Shown piece after piece: positions 38,873 to 47,270 of a stretch of DNA of 64,000 bases. Position 1 is the first letter of the stretch, and each line of letters opens with the position of its first letter. The notes below the pieces were generated by a model. The model saw nothing but the letters and a program-made list of their open reading frames with translations, ran no database searches and had not been told where the DNA came from. Where the stretch lies: IMG/VR virus record IMGVR_UViG_3300035208_003131, positions 20,210 through 84,209 of that record; one strand, 5' to 3'. The stretch is from a virus. Its lineage: Duplodnaviria; Caudoviricetes. Both the position numbers and the translations under genes were made by a program.

Positions 38873-39883
38873 TCAATTACCACAATTCCATTCAAGTTCT
38901 CTAAGTTTTTCATATAATTCAATCTCGGCATCGCTTGCATCAGTTGGAACTAACACGGTAAACGTAATAAATAATGAACCATCTTTAATACCATGCTTTT
39001 TTAATTTGAGTTTAGCCGTTGATTTAGTTCCTTTTGGTATTACCGCTTTAATAATTTTACCAAAAACATTAATTTTAATATCAGCACCAAGAACTAAATC
39101 CGAAGGTGATACATCAAACGACATATAAATATCATTACCTTTACGAATAAATTTTGAATCTTCGATAACCTCAATGTAAGCTAGAATATCGCCATTTGCA
39201 CCACCATTACGACCAGCATTACCAGAACCAATAACTTTAATTAAATTACCATCTTCAACACCTGATGGTATTTTTACAGTAATATGTTTAGTTTCAGATA
39301 AAATTGTTTCACCTTTACATAAAGTACATGGTGTCTCGATTACTAATCCAGTTCCACCACAATTATTACAAATATCAACTTGAATTGAATTATCATCTTC
39401 TATTGATGTAGCTTTATGTACCTTCCGAACAACACCTTTACCTTTACATATTGTACACTGTTTTTGTTTACTAGCTCCAGTACCATCACATAATGAACAC
39501 CGTTTTTTACGATTAACTTCTATTACTTTATCAATACCAGTAATAGAAGATTCAAATGTAATAGTAAAATTTACTCTAATATCTTGGCCTTTAATCGGAA
39601 CTTTACGATTTGTTTTTTTATGAAAACTAGCCGCAGTATTACATGTACCAAATGCCTCACCCCAGCGTTTAAAATCATTACTAAATGACATTTTATTATC
39701 ATAGACTTTTTTCTTACCAGCATCACTAAGTATAGAATATGCTTCATTCACTTCTTTGAATATAGATTCAGAATTTGGATTTTTATCAGGATGATATTTA
39801 ACCGCTAATTTTTTATATGCACTTTTTATTTCAGATGTAGATGCGGACCGACTAACACCGAGTGTACTATAATGATCTTTCAT
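38873..39883 (-). CDS. dnaJ: DnaJ (class A-like) co-chaperone
   Basis: J-domain with HPD, four CxxCxGxG-type Zn repeats and C-terminal beta-domains (GNAGRNGGANGD). Confidence 0.93.
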   Translation of the reverse strand: MKDHYSTLGVSRSASTSEIKSAYKKLAVKYHPDKNPNSESIFKEVNEAYSILSDAGKKKVYDNKMSFSNDFKRWGEAFGTCNTAASFHKKTNRKVPIKGQDIRVNFTITFESSITGIDKVIEVNRKKRCSLCDGTGASKQKQCTICKGKGVVRKVHKATSIEDDNSIQVDICNNCGGTGLVIETPCTLCKGETILSETKHITVKIPSGVEDGNLIKVIGSGNAGRNGGANGDILAYIEVIEDSKFIRKGNDIYMSFDVSPSDLVLGADIKINVFGKIIKAVIPKGTKSTAKLKLKKHGIKDGSLFITFTVLVPTDASDAEIELYEKLRELEWNCGN

Positions 39884-39898
39884 ACATGTGAATATAAA

Positions 39899-40393
39899 TT
39901 ATAAACCATCAAATTGTTCTCGATTTATTCCAATAAATTTATCGAGACGATCCCTAATATCAGTATGAAATAAATTAAACACAGGTATATTAAAATTTTG
40001 TGCAATTCGAATACCAAGACCTGTACCACCAGAATCACTGCCATCATGAGTATAACATATTACAAATTTAACAGGACTATTTAAATCACTACCAAGGATA
40101 ATCATTGAATTCCGACCATGTAATTTACGAGCTATAGGACTACATGCATCCCAAGTTGGATGAAAACGTGAAGCTAATTCAATTGCCTCAGTAGTTGCAT
40201 GTTTAGGTCTAAAAATTTCTTTATTGTTATTATATATAACTCCGTTTTCAAACGCTGTATCCGCACCTTGAGCACCACCACTACGTAAAATATAATCAAT
40301 GGATTCGAGTTTAGACGCAACAGATGACATCATATCAAATATGAACGACGGTGTTCGCCCTCTAGAACCTATACCAGCATAATATTTAGACAT
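39899..40393 (-). CDS. SLOG-superfamily (DprA/YAcAr-like) protein
   Basis: YAGIGSRGRTP, LRSGGAQGADTAFE and GSDSGGTGLGIRIA..FNIPVFN. Confidence 0.8.
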   Translation of the reverse strand: MSKYYAGIGSRGRTPSFIFDMMSSVASKLESIDYILRSGGAQGADTAFENGVIYNNNKEIFRPKHATTEAIELASRFHPTWDACSPIARKLHGRNSMIILGSDLNSPVKFVICYTHDGSDSGGTGLGIRIAQNFNIPVFNLFHTDIRDRLDKFIGINREQFDGL

Positions 40394-40402
40394 AATTTAT
40401 AT

Positions 40403-41281
40403 TTATTGTAATTTACGAAAACGCTTACCAACACTACCACCTTCTTGTTCAGTGTAAGTACGCCCAAAAATTGCACCAGTCTTAACAAACCCACGAAATC
40501 CATCAGCCTCGGCTTTATCAGACCATAGATCCCAGTTATCAATTACATTGTCATGGTAATGATATAACCACATTTTAGCTTTAATTTCGTCAGGAAGTTC
40601 ACGTAAACGTTCATAACTTGCATGAACGTTAGAAGGAAATAAACTAGTTTCACAATCATGAAAAATTACATCACATTCTTTTAAATAAGCAGTCATTGCA
40701 TTCACAGGACAAAATTGAGTATCAGTTGTAATATAAATGCGTTCGTTGGTATCAGGATCAGTCCACATCAATCCGTATGAATTCTCAATTTTATATCGAG
40801 CTGATACATGCACAGTCTGTACCATATCAAATTTAATACCTTCCCAAATGAAATGTCCATTTTCCTGCACTGGATTTACATCAAAATATGTATGTAATTG
40901 AGCATCTTCAGTTTCAAGTCCACGAAGCCCACCCTGAAGACTATCACTCCATAGATCACGAGCAAGTCCAGAAGCAAACGATTGATTATCATCTTGTATA
41001 ATATATTGACCTTGAATGAACATTTTAGGTCTTGGAATGGTTGGATTAAAAAAAGTACAAAATGCAAGAGCTTCAAGTCCACCAACATGATCAGCATGAA
41101 TATGACTAATATAAACAGCATCAATATCAACTTCACTTAATCCCATCTCTTCATTTAAAGCCAATGGTGCAAAACTACCACAATCAATCATTAACCATTT
41201 TTTGTTTTGTCTAATTAAAAAATTAGATTGCCAATTCTTTTTTGTAAAAGCATTTCCACTCCCAAGCGTATACAATTCCAT
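40403..41281 (-). CDS. MBL-fold metallohydrolase, Apyc1-like cyclic-nucleotide phosphodiesterase candidate
   Basis: LGSGNAF, IDCG, SHIHADHVGGLE, LWSDSLQGGL, IFHDC, VHA and MWLYHY: the pattern of the Apyc1-related family. Confidence 0.7.
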   Translation of the reverse strand: MELYTLGSGNAFTKKNWQSNFLIRQNKKWLMIDCGSFAPLALNEEMGLSEVDIDAVYISHIHADHVGGLEALAFCTFFNPTIPRPKMFIQGQYIIQDDNQSFASGLARDLWSDSLQGGLRGLETEDAQLHTYFDVNPVQENGHFIWEGIKFDMVQTVHVSARYKIENSYGLMWTDPDTNERIYITTDTQFCPVNAMTAYLKECDVIFHDCETSLFPSNVHASYERLRELPDEIKAKMWLYHYHDNVIDNWDLWSDKAEADGFRGFVKTGAIFGRTYTEQEGGSVGKRFRKLQ

Positions 41282-41376
41282 AATACATACCTTTATTTAT
41301 TATTTATAATACATATAATATAGAATTAAATTAGTACATGTAAACAAATTAAATCTATATAATATTAAAAATGTGA

Positions 41377-42420
41377 TTAACTATACATAGACCTAAAAAA
41401 TTCTACAATTAATACCTCTTCATCAGTCATATTCTCAATACGATCATCTATAAGATCAATGATTTGTTCAAGAAACCCCAATCCATCAGTATTAACCACA
41501 GCCTGTAAAATCTCCTTTAATCCAATTTCACCATCAGTTGACGTAATCGCATAAACAGTTGTATCAATTGCTATACTTCCGGTACCTATTTTTAAATTTA
41601 CATTAAAATTAAGCCTACCAGCAGCATCATACTCACGTACAATGGACTCCAATGGATTAGATTTACCCGCAATTACATCAGCCACATACATCTGTAACTC
41701 ATTATCACTCATTCTACGAATAGCTGCAACTCTTTTTTTGTTCCACGTGAAACATTCCGACTTAGTATATTCAACATTGTTGGTTTTTGGATGATATAAA
41801 TGTAATAATTCTACATCACCTGTACACCGTTTAATTGGTGAGACCAAACGGTTACATTTATCAACGAATGCATCATCTTCACCACCCCAACCTTCAAATT
41901 CTTCATCGAATCCGCCTACAACATCAAATGTGGTTTTATTAAACACATTTATAAGCCCAGTGTACCGATTAATGAACAAATCTTGCTTATGAGCAGATTG
42001 TATTAATGGATTACCTTTAATATATCGTCTAGTGTGAGCCTCATTGAGGAAATTTACACGTGAGAATGGAAAATATACACTATGTTTGATTAATTCTGTG
42101 ATAAAAACTGAATTTTCAATCTTAGGTATAATACAATCAGCATCAGACATCATGATTATATCATAAGTTGCATAATTTCTGATGGTTTGATTAATAACAT
42201 AAGACTTATTGAACCTATCTGACCCAACTTTAATTTGAACATGTTTTAATAATGGATGAATTGGGATCAAAACACTTTTAATATATGTACTATCAGACAA
42301 TTGTTCAGCTATAATTATCTCAAAATCTGGATAATTAAACATAAAATTATCTACAACCGCAGCCAAATTACGTCTACGATAAGAATCTTTATCAAAAAAT
42401 GGAATAATTACAGTTATCAT
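41377..42420 (-). CDS. Glycosyltransferase, GT2/GT7C (galactosyltransferase-like)
   Basis: ITVIIPF, RFNKSYVIN, MSDADC and GGFDEEFEGWGGEDD...LHLYH. Confidence 0.88.
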   Translation of the reverse strand: MITVIIPFFDKDSYRRRNLAAVVDNFMFNYPDFEIIIAEQLSDSTYIKSVLIPIHPLLKHVQIKVGSDRFNKSYVINQTIRNYATYDIIMMSDADCIIPKIENSVFITELIKHSVYFPFSRVNFLNEAHTRRYIKGNPLIQSAHKQDLFINRYTGLINVFNKTTFDVVGGFDEEFEGWGGEDDAFVDKCNRLVSPIKRCTGDVELLHLYHPKTNNVEYTKSECFTWNKKRVAAIRRMSDNELQMYVADVIAGKSNPLESIVREYDAAGRLNFNVNLKIGTGSIAIDTTVYAITSTDGEIGLKEILQAVVNTDGLGFLEQIIDLIDDRIENMTDEEVLIVEFFRSMYS

Positions 42421-42454
42421 TTTACAAATATAATTAAATTTCTATATTAATGGT

Positions 42455-42898
42455 ATGATAGAACATTTTTCATCCGATTTAACTCGTTGGTTAAGTAATT
42501 TTTACCCATGTGATATCACATTTGAAGGTAAAACTTATACATCCATCGAACATGCTTACATGTCTGCAAAATCACTCGATCCAAATTGGAAACAATTCTG
42601 TATTGAAACTGAAGATCCAAGAGCGGTAAAAAAACGTTCTCGTGAAATCAAACTAATACCTGAATGGGAAAACATAAAAGTAGATGTTATGAGAGAGTGT
42701 GTAACTCAGAAATTCTCAAAAGAACCATTCCGTAGTAAATTATTAGATACAAAAAATGAATACATTCAAGAAGGTAACTGGTGGAACGACCGATTCTGGG
42801 GAGTTGATTTAAAATCAAATCCACCAGTCGGTAAAAATATGTTAGGTATTCTAATTATGGAAGTTAGATCTAATTTAATTACGGATGAAATATTATAA
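42455..42898 (+). CDS. NADAR family (YbiA-like) N-glycosidase / ADP-ribose eraser
   Basis: LSNFYPC, YTSIEHAYMSAK, QKF, LLDT, EGNWWNDRFWG and GKNMLGILIMEVR. Confidence 0.93.
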   Translation: MIEHFSSDLTRWLSNFYPCDITFEGKTYTSIEHAYMSAKSLDPNWKQFCIETEDPRAVKKRSREIKLIPEWENIKVDVMRECVTQKFSKEPFRSKLLDTKNEYIQEGNWWNDRFWGVDLKSNPPVGKNMLGILIMEVRSNLITDEIL

Positions 42899-43168
42899 AA
42901 ATCCGTCAAGTTTTTTAATCATCATATCACAATTATGAACCATACTATCATTTTCAGATTTGGAGAATTGTGATCGAAACGTTTCCATCATATATTTCAT
43001 ATGCTTCATTGAACTTTTCGCTTCACGTCGCTCTTTTTGTAACCGAGTTACTAAAGGTTCAACATCTCGTCGCTTTGCATACTTTCCAGATTTGTTAATT
43101 TTTTCTTTAATCATAGAATCATCTCCACCACGGCGAAGAATATTTATGTTATACCAATTAATTGACAT
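42893..43168 (-). CDS. Hypothetical protein (91 aa)
   Basis: Basic helical ORF; no motif recognised. Confidence 0.5.
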   Translation of the reverse strand: MSINWYNINILRRGGDDSMIKEKINKSGKYAKRRDVEPLVTRLQKERREAKSSMKHMKYMMETFRSQFSKSENDSMVHNCDMMIKKLDGFL

Positions 43169-43269
43169 GATAATACTTCCGGTGTTAGGGCCTTCCGACC
43201 ACGTTACTTAAATTGTTTATATTACAATGTTAATTCACCACATCTTCTATTATTAATGTACACTAAAAA

Positions 43270-43524
43270 TTATAAATCTAATGAATTTATAGTATATCCT
43301 TTCGATTTATAAACATCTAAATCACCATTAACCGATTCTTCAGATGCCCAATAGTAACCATAGCAGTTTTCCATTATAGTTCCACTATCAAGTTTAAATA
43401 CAGGTACTTCAATTTCGATACCTAAATCATCATTTTCTACTAATTTATTTTCTTGGAATTCACCGAAGCCAATAAGTGTAACCACTTTATCTTCGACTGA
43501 TTTAATTACGCCTATACGTTTCAT
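43270..43524 (-). CDS. Hypothetical protein (84 aa)
   Basis: GAGG SD upstream; no motif recognised. Confidence 0.6.
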   Translation of the reverse strand: MKRIGVIKSVEDKVVTLIGFGEFQENKLVENDDLGIEIEVPVFKLDSGTIMENCYGYYWASEESVNGDLDVYKSKGYTINSLDL

Positions 43525-43579
43525 ACATAAGTCCTCTTTATGTATAAAAATATATACTACGGGAAGCTAGAATTTTAAA

Positions 43580-44998
43580 TTAATATGCAACACCAGTAAT
43601 TACACCGTTTTCATCAAGGATTTGGTCAAATAAAAATGCAATATCATCAACTTGGTCTTCAGCTACAATCACAGAATCATGTACGGTACAATACGGGACG
43701 TTAAATTCAGTATCAATTCGTGGACATACTTTATTAAAAATCAACTCAGCTTCATTACGTTGTAGTGTATGAGATAATGCTTTATAATCCCCATGTTTAA
43801 GATGATTCATAAGATTAGTTATAACAGGAAATTCAATTTGCCATAATCTATCCATTTTTGTAACTGCTTTACCTTTACCTTGTCCAAACACATATGTAAT
43901 CCACTGTTTCTTAATATATGAACGAGATTTATTTTCTTGATTAATTATATCCCATTTTTCTTGAAAATATTCATATATACCTTCACTACGTAAAATATGA
44001 TTAAACTGCTTCAACTCAATACGTGCTTTAGTAATAATTGTTTCAAGTGTTTCATTTTTAATATACGGAATTGAATCATTTAAATGACCATCATAGATAT
44101 GACCACCAGTATAATTATTACGATTATTTACATATTTATTTCTAACATCCACACGTGGTTGAGATGTATTCATATCCAATAATTCAAACATAGTTTTATG
44201 TGAATGATTCTCTAAATTATCAACATAATTATCCATTAACGTATACAACATAGACGCTTGTGAAGATACAATATCAACACCAATTGCTTTTTTACCATTA
44301 ACATATAAAAAATTCTCACGAATATGTTTTGACAAGTTAGTAAAATTTGTATGGACTCGATTATAACTATCTTTTGATATGAAAATAGCTAAATCCGATT
44401 CATCTTTAGAATTAATGCGTTTACATTTATCTATTTCAATATCCATTTTTGTTTGACTTAAAACACCAGTATCAACTAAATTTTGCATATAAATTTTAGC
44501 ACTATCAATATCAATACTAAAATTTTTCAACATATCATATAACTTACCAAGCATCTCATCATTAACATTATTACCAAGAAATTCCTTTTTCCATTGAAGT
44601 ATTTTACGAAGAATAGTTTTTTTAGTAATTGAATGATCAATTAATTTACATTTTTTATATTTTTTTGTTAATGCATAACATTTACATTTTCCTTCATTTT
44701 CTGGTGAAGAAACAATATAATGGTTATCAGTTTCAAGATAACCATTATCAATTAAATACTCTAAATAGCGTTTGTAATGTTTACCAAGTTCTTTTCGCAA
44801 TATTTTTGAATAAAGCGGAATTTTATTCAGCTTCTCATATTTCCTATTATACATTGGAATTTGAATTATTTTACTTATAATATATAAAAATCCATCAATA
44901 CTATAAGGAAATGATGGTGGTTTTATATTAATCATAATTAATATTTCACTTTTCAATTTTTCAGGTATTTTTATTATAACTTGATTATTATTATTCAT
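43580..44998 (-). CDS. Minimal family-A-like polymerase (TV-Pol/PolA-palm-related)
   Basis: NRVHTNFTNL (RxxT motif), GVDIVSSQ (motif A Asp), KKQWITYVFG (motif B-like), LQRNEA and CTVHDSVIV (motif C). No exonuclease domain recognised. Confidence 0.6.
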   Translation of the reverse strand: MNNNNQVIIKIPEKLKSEILIMINIKPPSFPYSIDGFLYIISKIIQIPMYNRKYEKLNKIPLYSKILRKELGKHYKRYLEYLIDNGYLETDNHYIVSSPENEGKCKCYALTKKYKKCKLIDHSITKKTILRKILQWKKEFLGNNVNDEMLGKLYDMLKNFSIDIDSAKIYMQNLVDTGVLSQTKMDIEIDKCKRINSKDESDLAIFISKDSYNRVHTNFTNLSKHIRENFLYVNGKKAIGVDIVSSQASMLYTLMDNYVDNLENHSHKTMFELLDMNTSQPRVDVRNKYVNNRNNYTGGHIYDGHLNDSIPYIKNETLETIITKARIELKQFNHILRSEGIYEYFQEKWDIINQENKSRSYIKKQWITYVFGQGKGKAVTKMDRLWQIEFPVITNLMNHLKHGDYKALSHTLQRNEAELIFNKVCPRIDTEFNVPYCTVHDSVIVAEDQVDDIAFLFDQILDENGVITGVAY

Positions 44999-45023
44999 TA
45001 ATTCCAAATATACATATTTATTG

Positions 45024-45128
45024 TATAATCAGTAAAATATTTTATTTGATAAAAACGATTTGATCAAATTTGATTAGATTGAAGAAGGGGGGGCATGGGG
45101 ATTACCCCCATTTATGTTTTCCCTTTTT
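45024..45128 (+). other. Structured element at the major strand switch (origin or small-RNA candidate)
   Basis: TATAAT at 45024-45029, four TTTGAT hexamers including the palindrome ATTTGATCAAAT (45058-45069), and a G-rich 41-nt hairpin at 45085-45125 ending in a T-run. Confidence 0.45.
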
Positions 45129-45141
45129 GAAATACGAAATG

Positions 45142-45150
45142 TATAAACTA
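45142..45150 (+). promoter_or_regulatory. Late promoter TATAAACTA
   Basis: Exact motif upstream of the acidic ORF ending at 46164. Confidence 0.7.
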
Positions 45151-45189
45151 AGAATAAATAATGAAATGGAATATCAGATGGAACATCAA

Positions 45190-46164
45190 ATGAAGAAGAC
45201 AACATTAATTGCATATATGGAAGCTCAAAAAACAAAGACTCATACAGATGAGTTTGTATCTGCTATATTTGAAAGTAGACCGGATATAATGCAATTGGAT
45301 GCAGCAACACGTGGTGATCCTAGTGCGATGTATGATATTTCAGATAGGAAGCGTAATGTCAAAAAGAATGAAGAAATGCAAAGGTCTAACTCAGACGAAG
45401 AAGTCGAGGAAGATGAAATCGGCGATATCGAAAGCGATAACGGGGACGGTATCAGGAATGACGAAGACACGGAAATTGAAGAAAGCGAGTCGATAGAAAA
45501 CGATGAGCCGGAGGATGGGTCGGAAGAAGAGGAAAAGAAACCAACCAGTCAGTTAGATATTATTGACAATTCCGGATATAAGCAAGTTGCATTTAATGAA
45601 GCGTTCAATAATATGACTGAAAAAATGTATCCGCAAATTTCTGATATTTTTACAGAAGAAGCAGTTGGATTGATTCAAGAAGGTATTGATTCGGACTGGA
45701 TACCTGTTGAGCGTAGATTATTAATGTGTAACGAAGAAGATTATAAGTCAAGTAAAGAAAAAATGCGATGTTATAATTCATCGAATCCACGTGGTATGGG
45801 AAAAACTAATATTTTTAAACGACAATACCTTGATAAATATTATAAAGCTACTTATTCAGGTAAATTAGAAGCTGCTAGGGGTAAATTTATTATATTTGAG
45901 CGAAAGGATATAAATGAATCAATTGAAATAATGGATATATCACCAAAATTAAATGGGGTTACGTTTGCAATAAATAGTAAATTGAGTTCGGAAGCTGATG
46001 ATTATCTTATGAAAGGTAGTAAATTACATGTTGATTTTATATTTAGAGAAAGTATTATAGAAACCGATGAAGAGTTTGATCCAGCAAATACTAGAGATGT
46101 GTCAAAAAATTTTAATTCGGAATCGTTAGAAGCCGAAGAAAGGGAAACCCAAAGTAATGATTAA
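45190..46164 (+). CDS. Late acidic hypothetical protein (candidate internal head protein)
   Basis: IFES, INES and FRES motifs with a D/E-rich linker. The start is probably at 45190 (or 45166), downstream of the late motif, not 45070. Confidence 0.55.
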   Translation: MKKTTLIAYMEAQKTKTHTDEFVSAIFESRPDIMQLDAATRGDPSAMYDISDRKRNVKKNEEMQRSNSDEEVEEDEIGDIESDNGDGIRNDEDTEIEESESIENDEPEDGSEEEEKKPTSQLDIIDNSGYKQVAFNEAFNNMTEKMYPQISDIFTEEAVGLIQEGIDSDWIPVERRLLMCNEEDYKSSKEKMRCYNSSNPRGMGKTNIFKRQYLDKYYKATYSGKLEAARGKFIIFERKDINESIEIMDISPKLNGVTFAINSKLSSEADDYLMKGSKLHVDFIFRESIIETDEEFDPANTRDVSKNFNSESLEAEERETQSND

Positions 46165-47221
46165 TATTAAAAGGCTCACTGAAAATCTTACAGAGATGAA
46201 AGAGAATGCGTTACTTGAAGATACCTTTAGAAGTTTAAAAGATCAGGTTGATAATGGACGAAAACGTAGTGTAACTAATGCCAAATTTGTAGGTATTGAT
46301 CAAGCTAAAGATGGAGCTGCACGTACTCATTGGAAAGTTCCTAGTGAAAGTAAACCAGGTAAATCATATGATGTAGTTGTTGAAATAGTTATACCTGAAA
46401 AAGGTGGGTTATTTGCGGTTGCTGCTAGTCCATGGAATTTAAAAGCTCATGCACAGACTTTAGCTAAAGCTGATGTTAGAGTTCATTGTTCATGTCCAGA
46501 TTTCTATTGGTCTGGTATGAAATATAATTTAGGTCCGAATGGACCACATAAAGGTTCACTTGCACATGACCAAAAATCGGATGTATCTGAAGAGACATAT
46601 CCAATCAAACCACCAGATATTCGAGATCCTAATCGTGAGAATGTAATGTGTAAGCATTTAAGTAAAGTATGGCGATCGTTTACAACTAGTGGTACAACTA
46701 TAATGAGTCAAGCTCGTAAATATTCAAAAGAAAATGAAATTATTCCGGTTGATTCGACAGTTACTCGTGATAGTGATGATGGTAAAGCTATACTCAATAA
46801 AGATGTTGAGGGTGTATCTGTAACCGAGGGAGATGCTCGACATATTACTGATTCGTTATTTACTAGTATGAAAAATTTTGTAATAGACAAGGTATCGGGT
46901 TTGAAGAAATTATGGAGAAATAAAAAGGATGTAGTTGATACAACCGATGATGAGTTTAATGATCAAGGTGTGGATGAATTTATTGATGAAGAAAATCAAG
47001 ATATTGAGTCAATTGAAGATGAAATTGAAGAGGTTAAAGATCAAGGTGCTGAGGATATCATTGATGAGACAAACGATACTATTGATGTAGATGGGTCTGA
47101 TATTAAAGCTGATGCAATTCTTTCCGAACATGAAAATGAATCTGAAAATGAACCTGAATCTAGTGAAACACTTGATGAGTTAGATAATGAATATTCAGCA
47201 AAGGACATTTTATCACGGTAA
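46157..47221 (+). CDS. SWIM zinc-finger protein with an acidic tail
   Basis: VHCSCPDF...VMCKHL is the CxC...CxH SWIM signature; the N-terminus carries LTEN/LLED motifs. Confidence 0.7.
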   Translation: MINIKRLTENLTEMKENALLEDTFRSLKDQVDNGRKRSVTNAKFVGIDQAKDGAARTHWKVPSESKPGKSYDVVVEIVIPEKGGLFAVAASPWNLKAHAQTLAKADVRVHCSCPDFYWSGMKYNLGPNGPHKGSLAHDQKSDVSEETYPIKPPDIRDPNRENVMCKHLSKVWRSFTTSGTTIMSQARKYSKENEIIPVDSTVTRDSDDGKAILNKDVEGVSVTEGDARHITDSLFTSMKNFVIDKVSGLKKLWRNKKDVVDTTDDEFNDQGVDEFIDEENQDIESIEDEIEEVKDQGAEDIIDETNDTIDVDGSDIKADAILSEHENESENEPESSETLDELDNEYSAKDILSR

Positions 47222-47270
47222 GTTGATTATAAATAACGTATTTTAGTATTAAATATACATTGTACGGTAG

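Noticed and set aside
43189-43200. GNRA-capped hairpin (GGUC-GGAA-GGCC, minus strand) upstream of ORF 43168 as a riboswitch or ncRNA
   Set aside because: It is only a 4-bp stem with a wobble and no supporting second helix, too small to claim.
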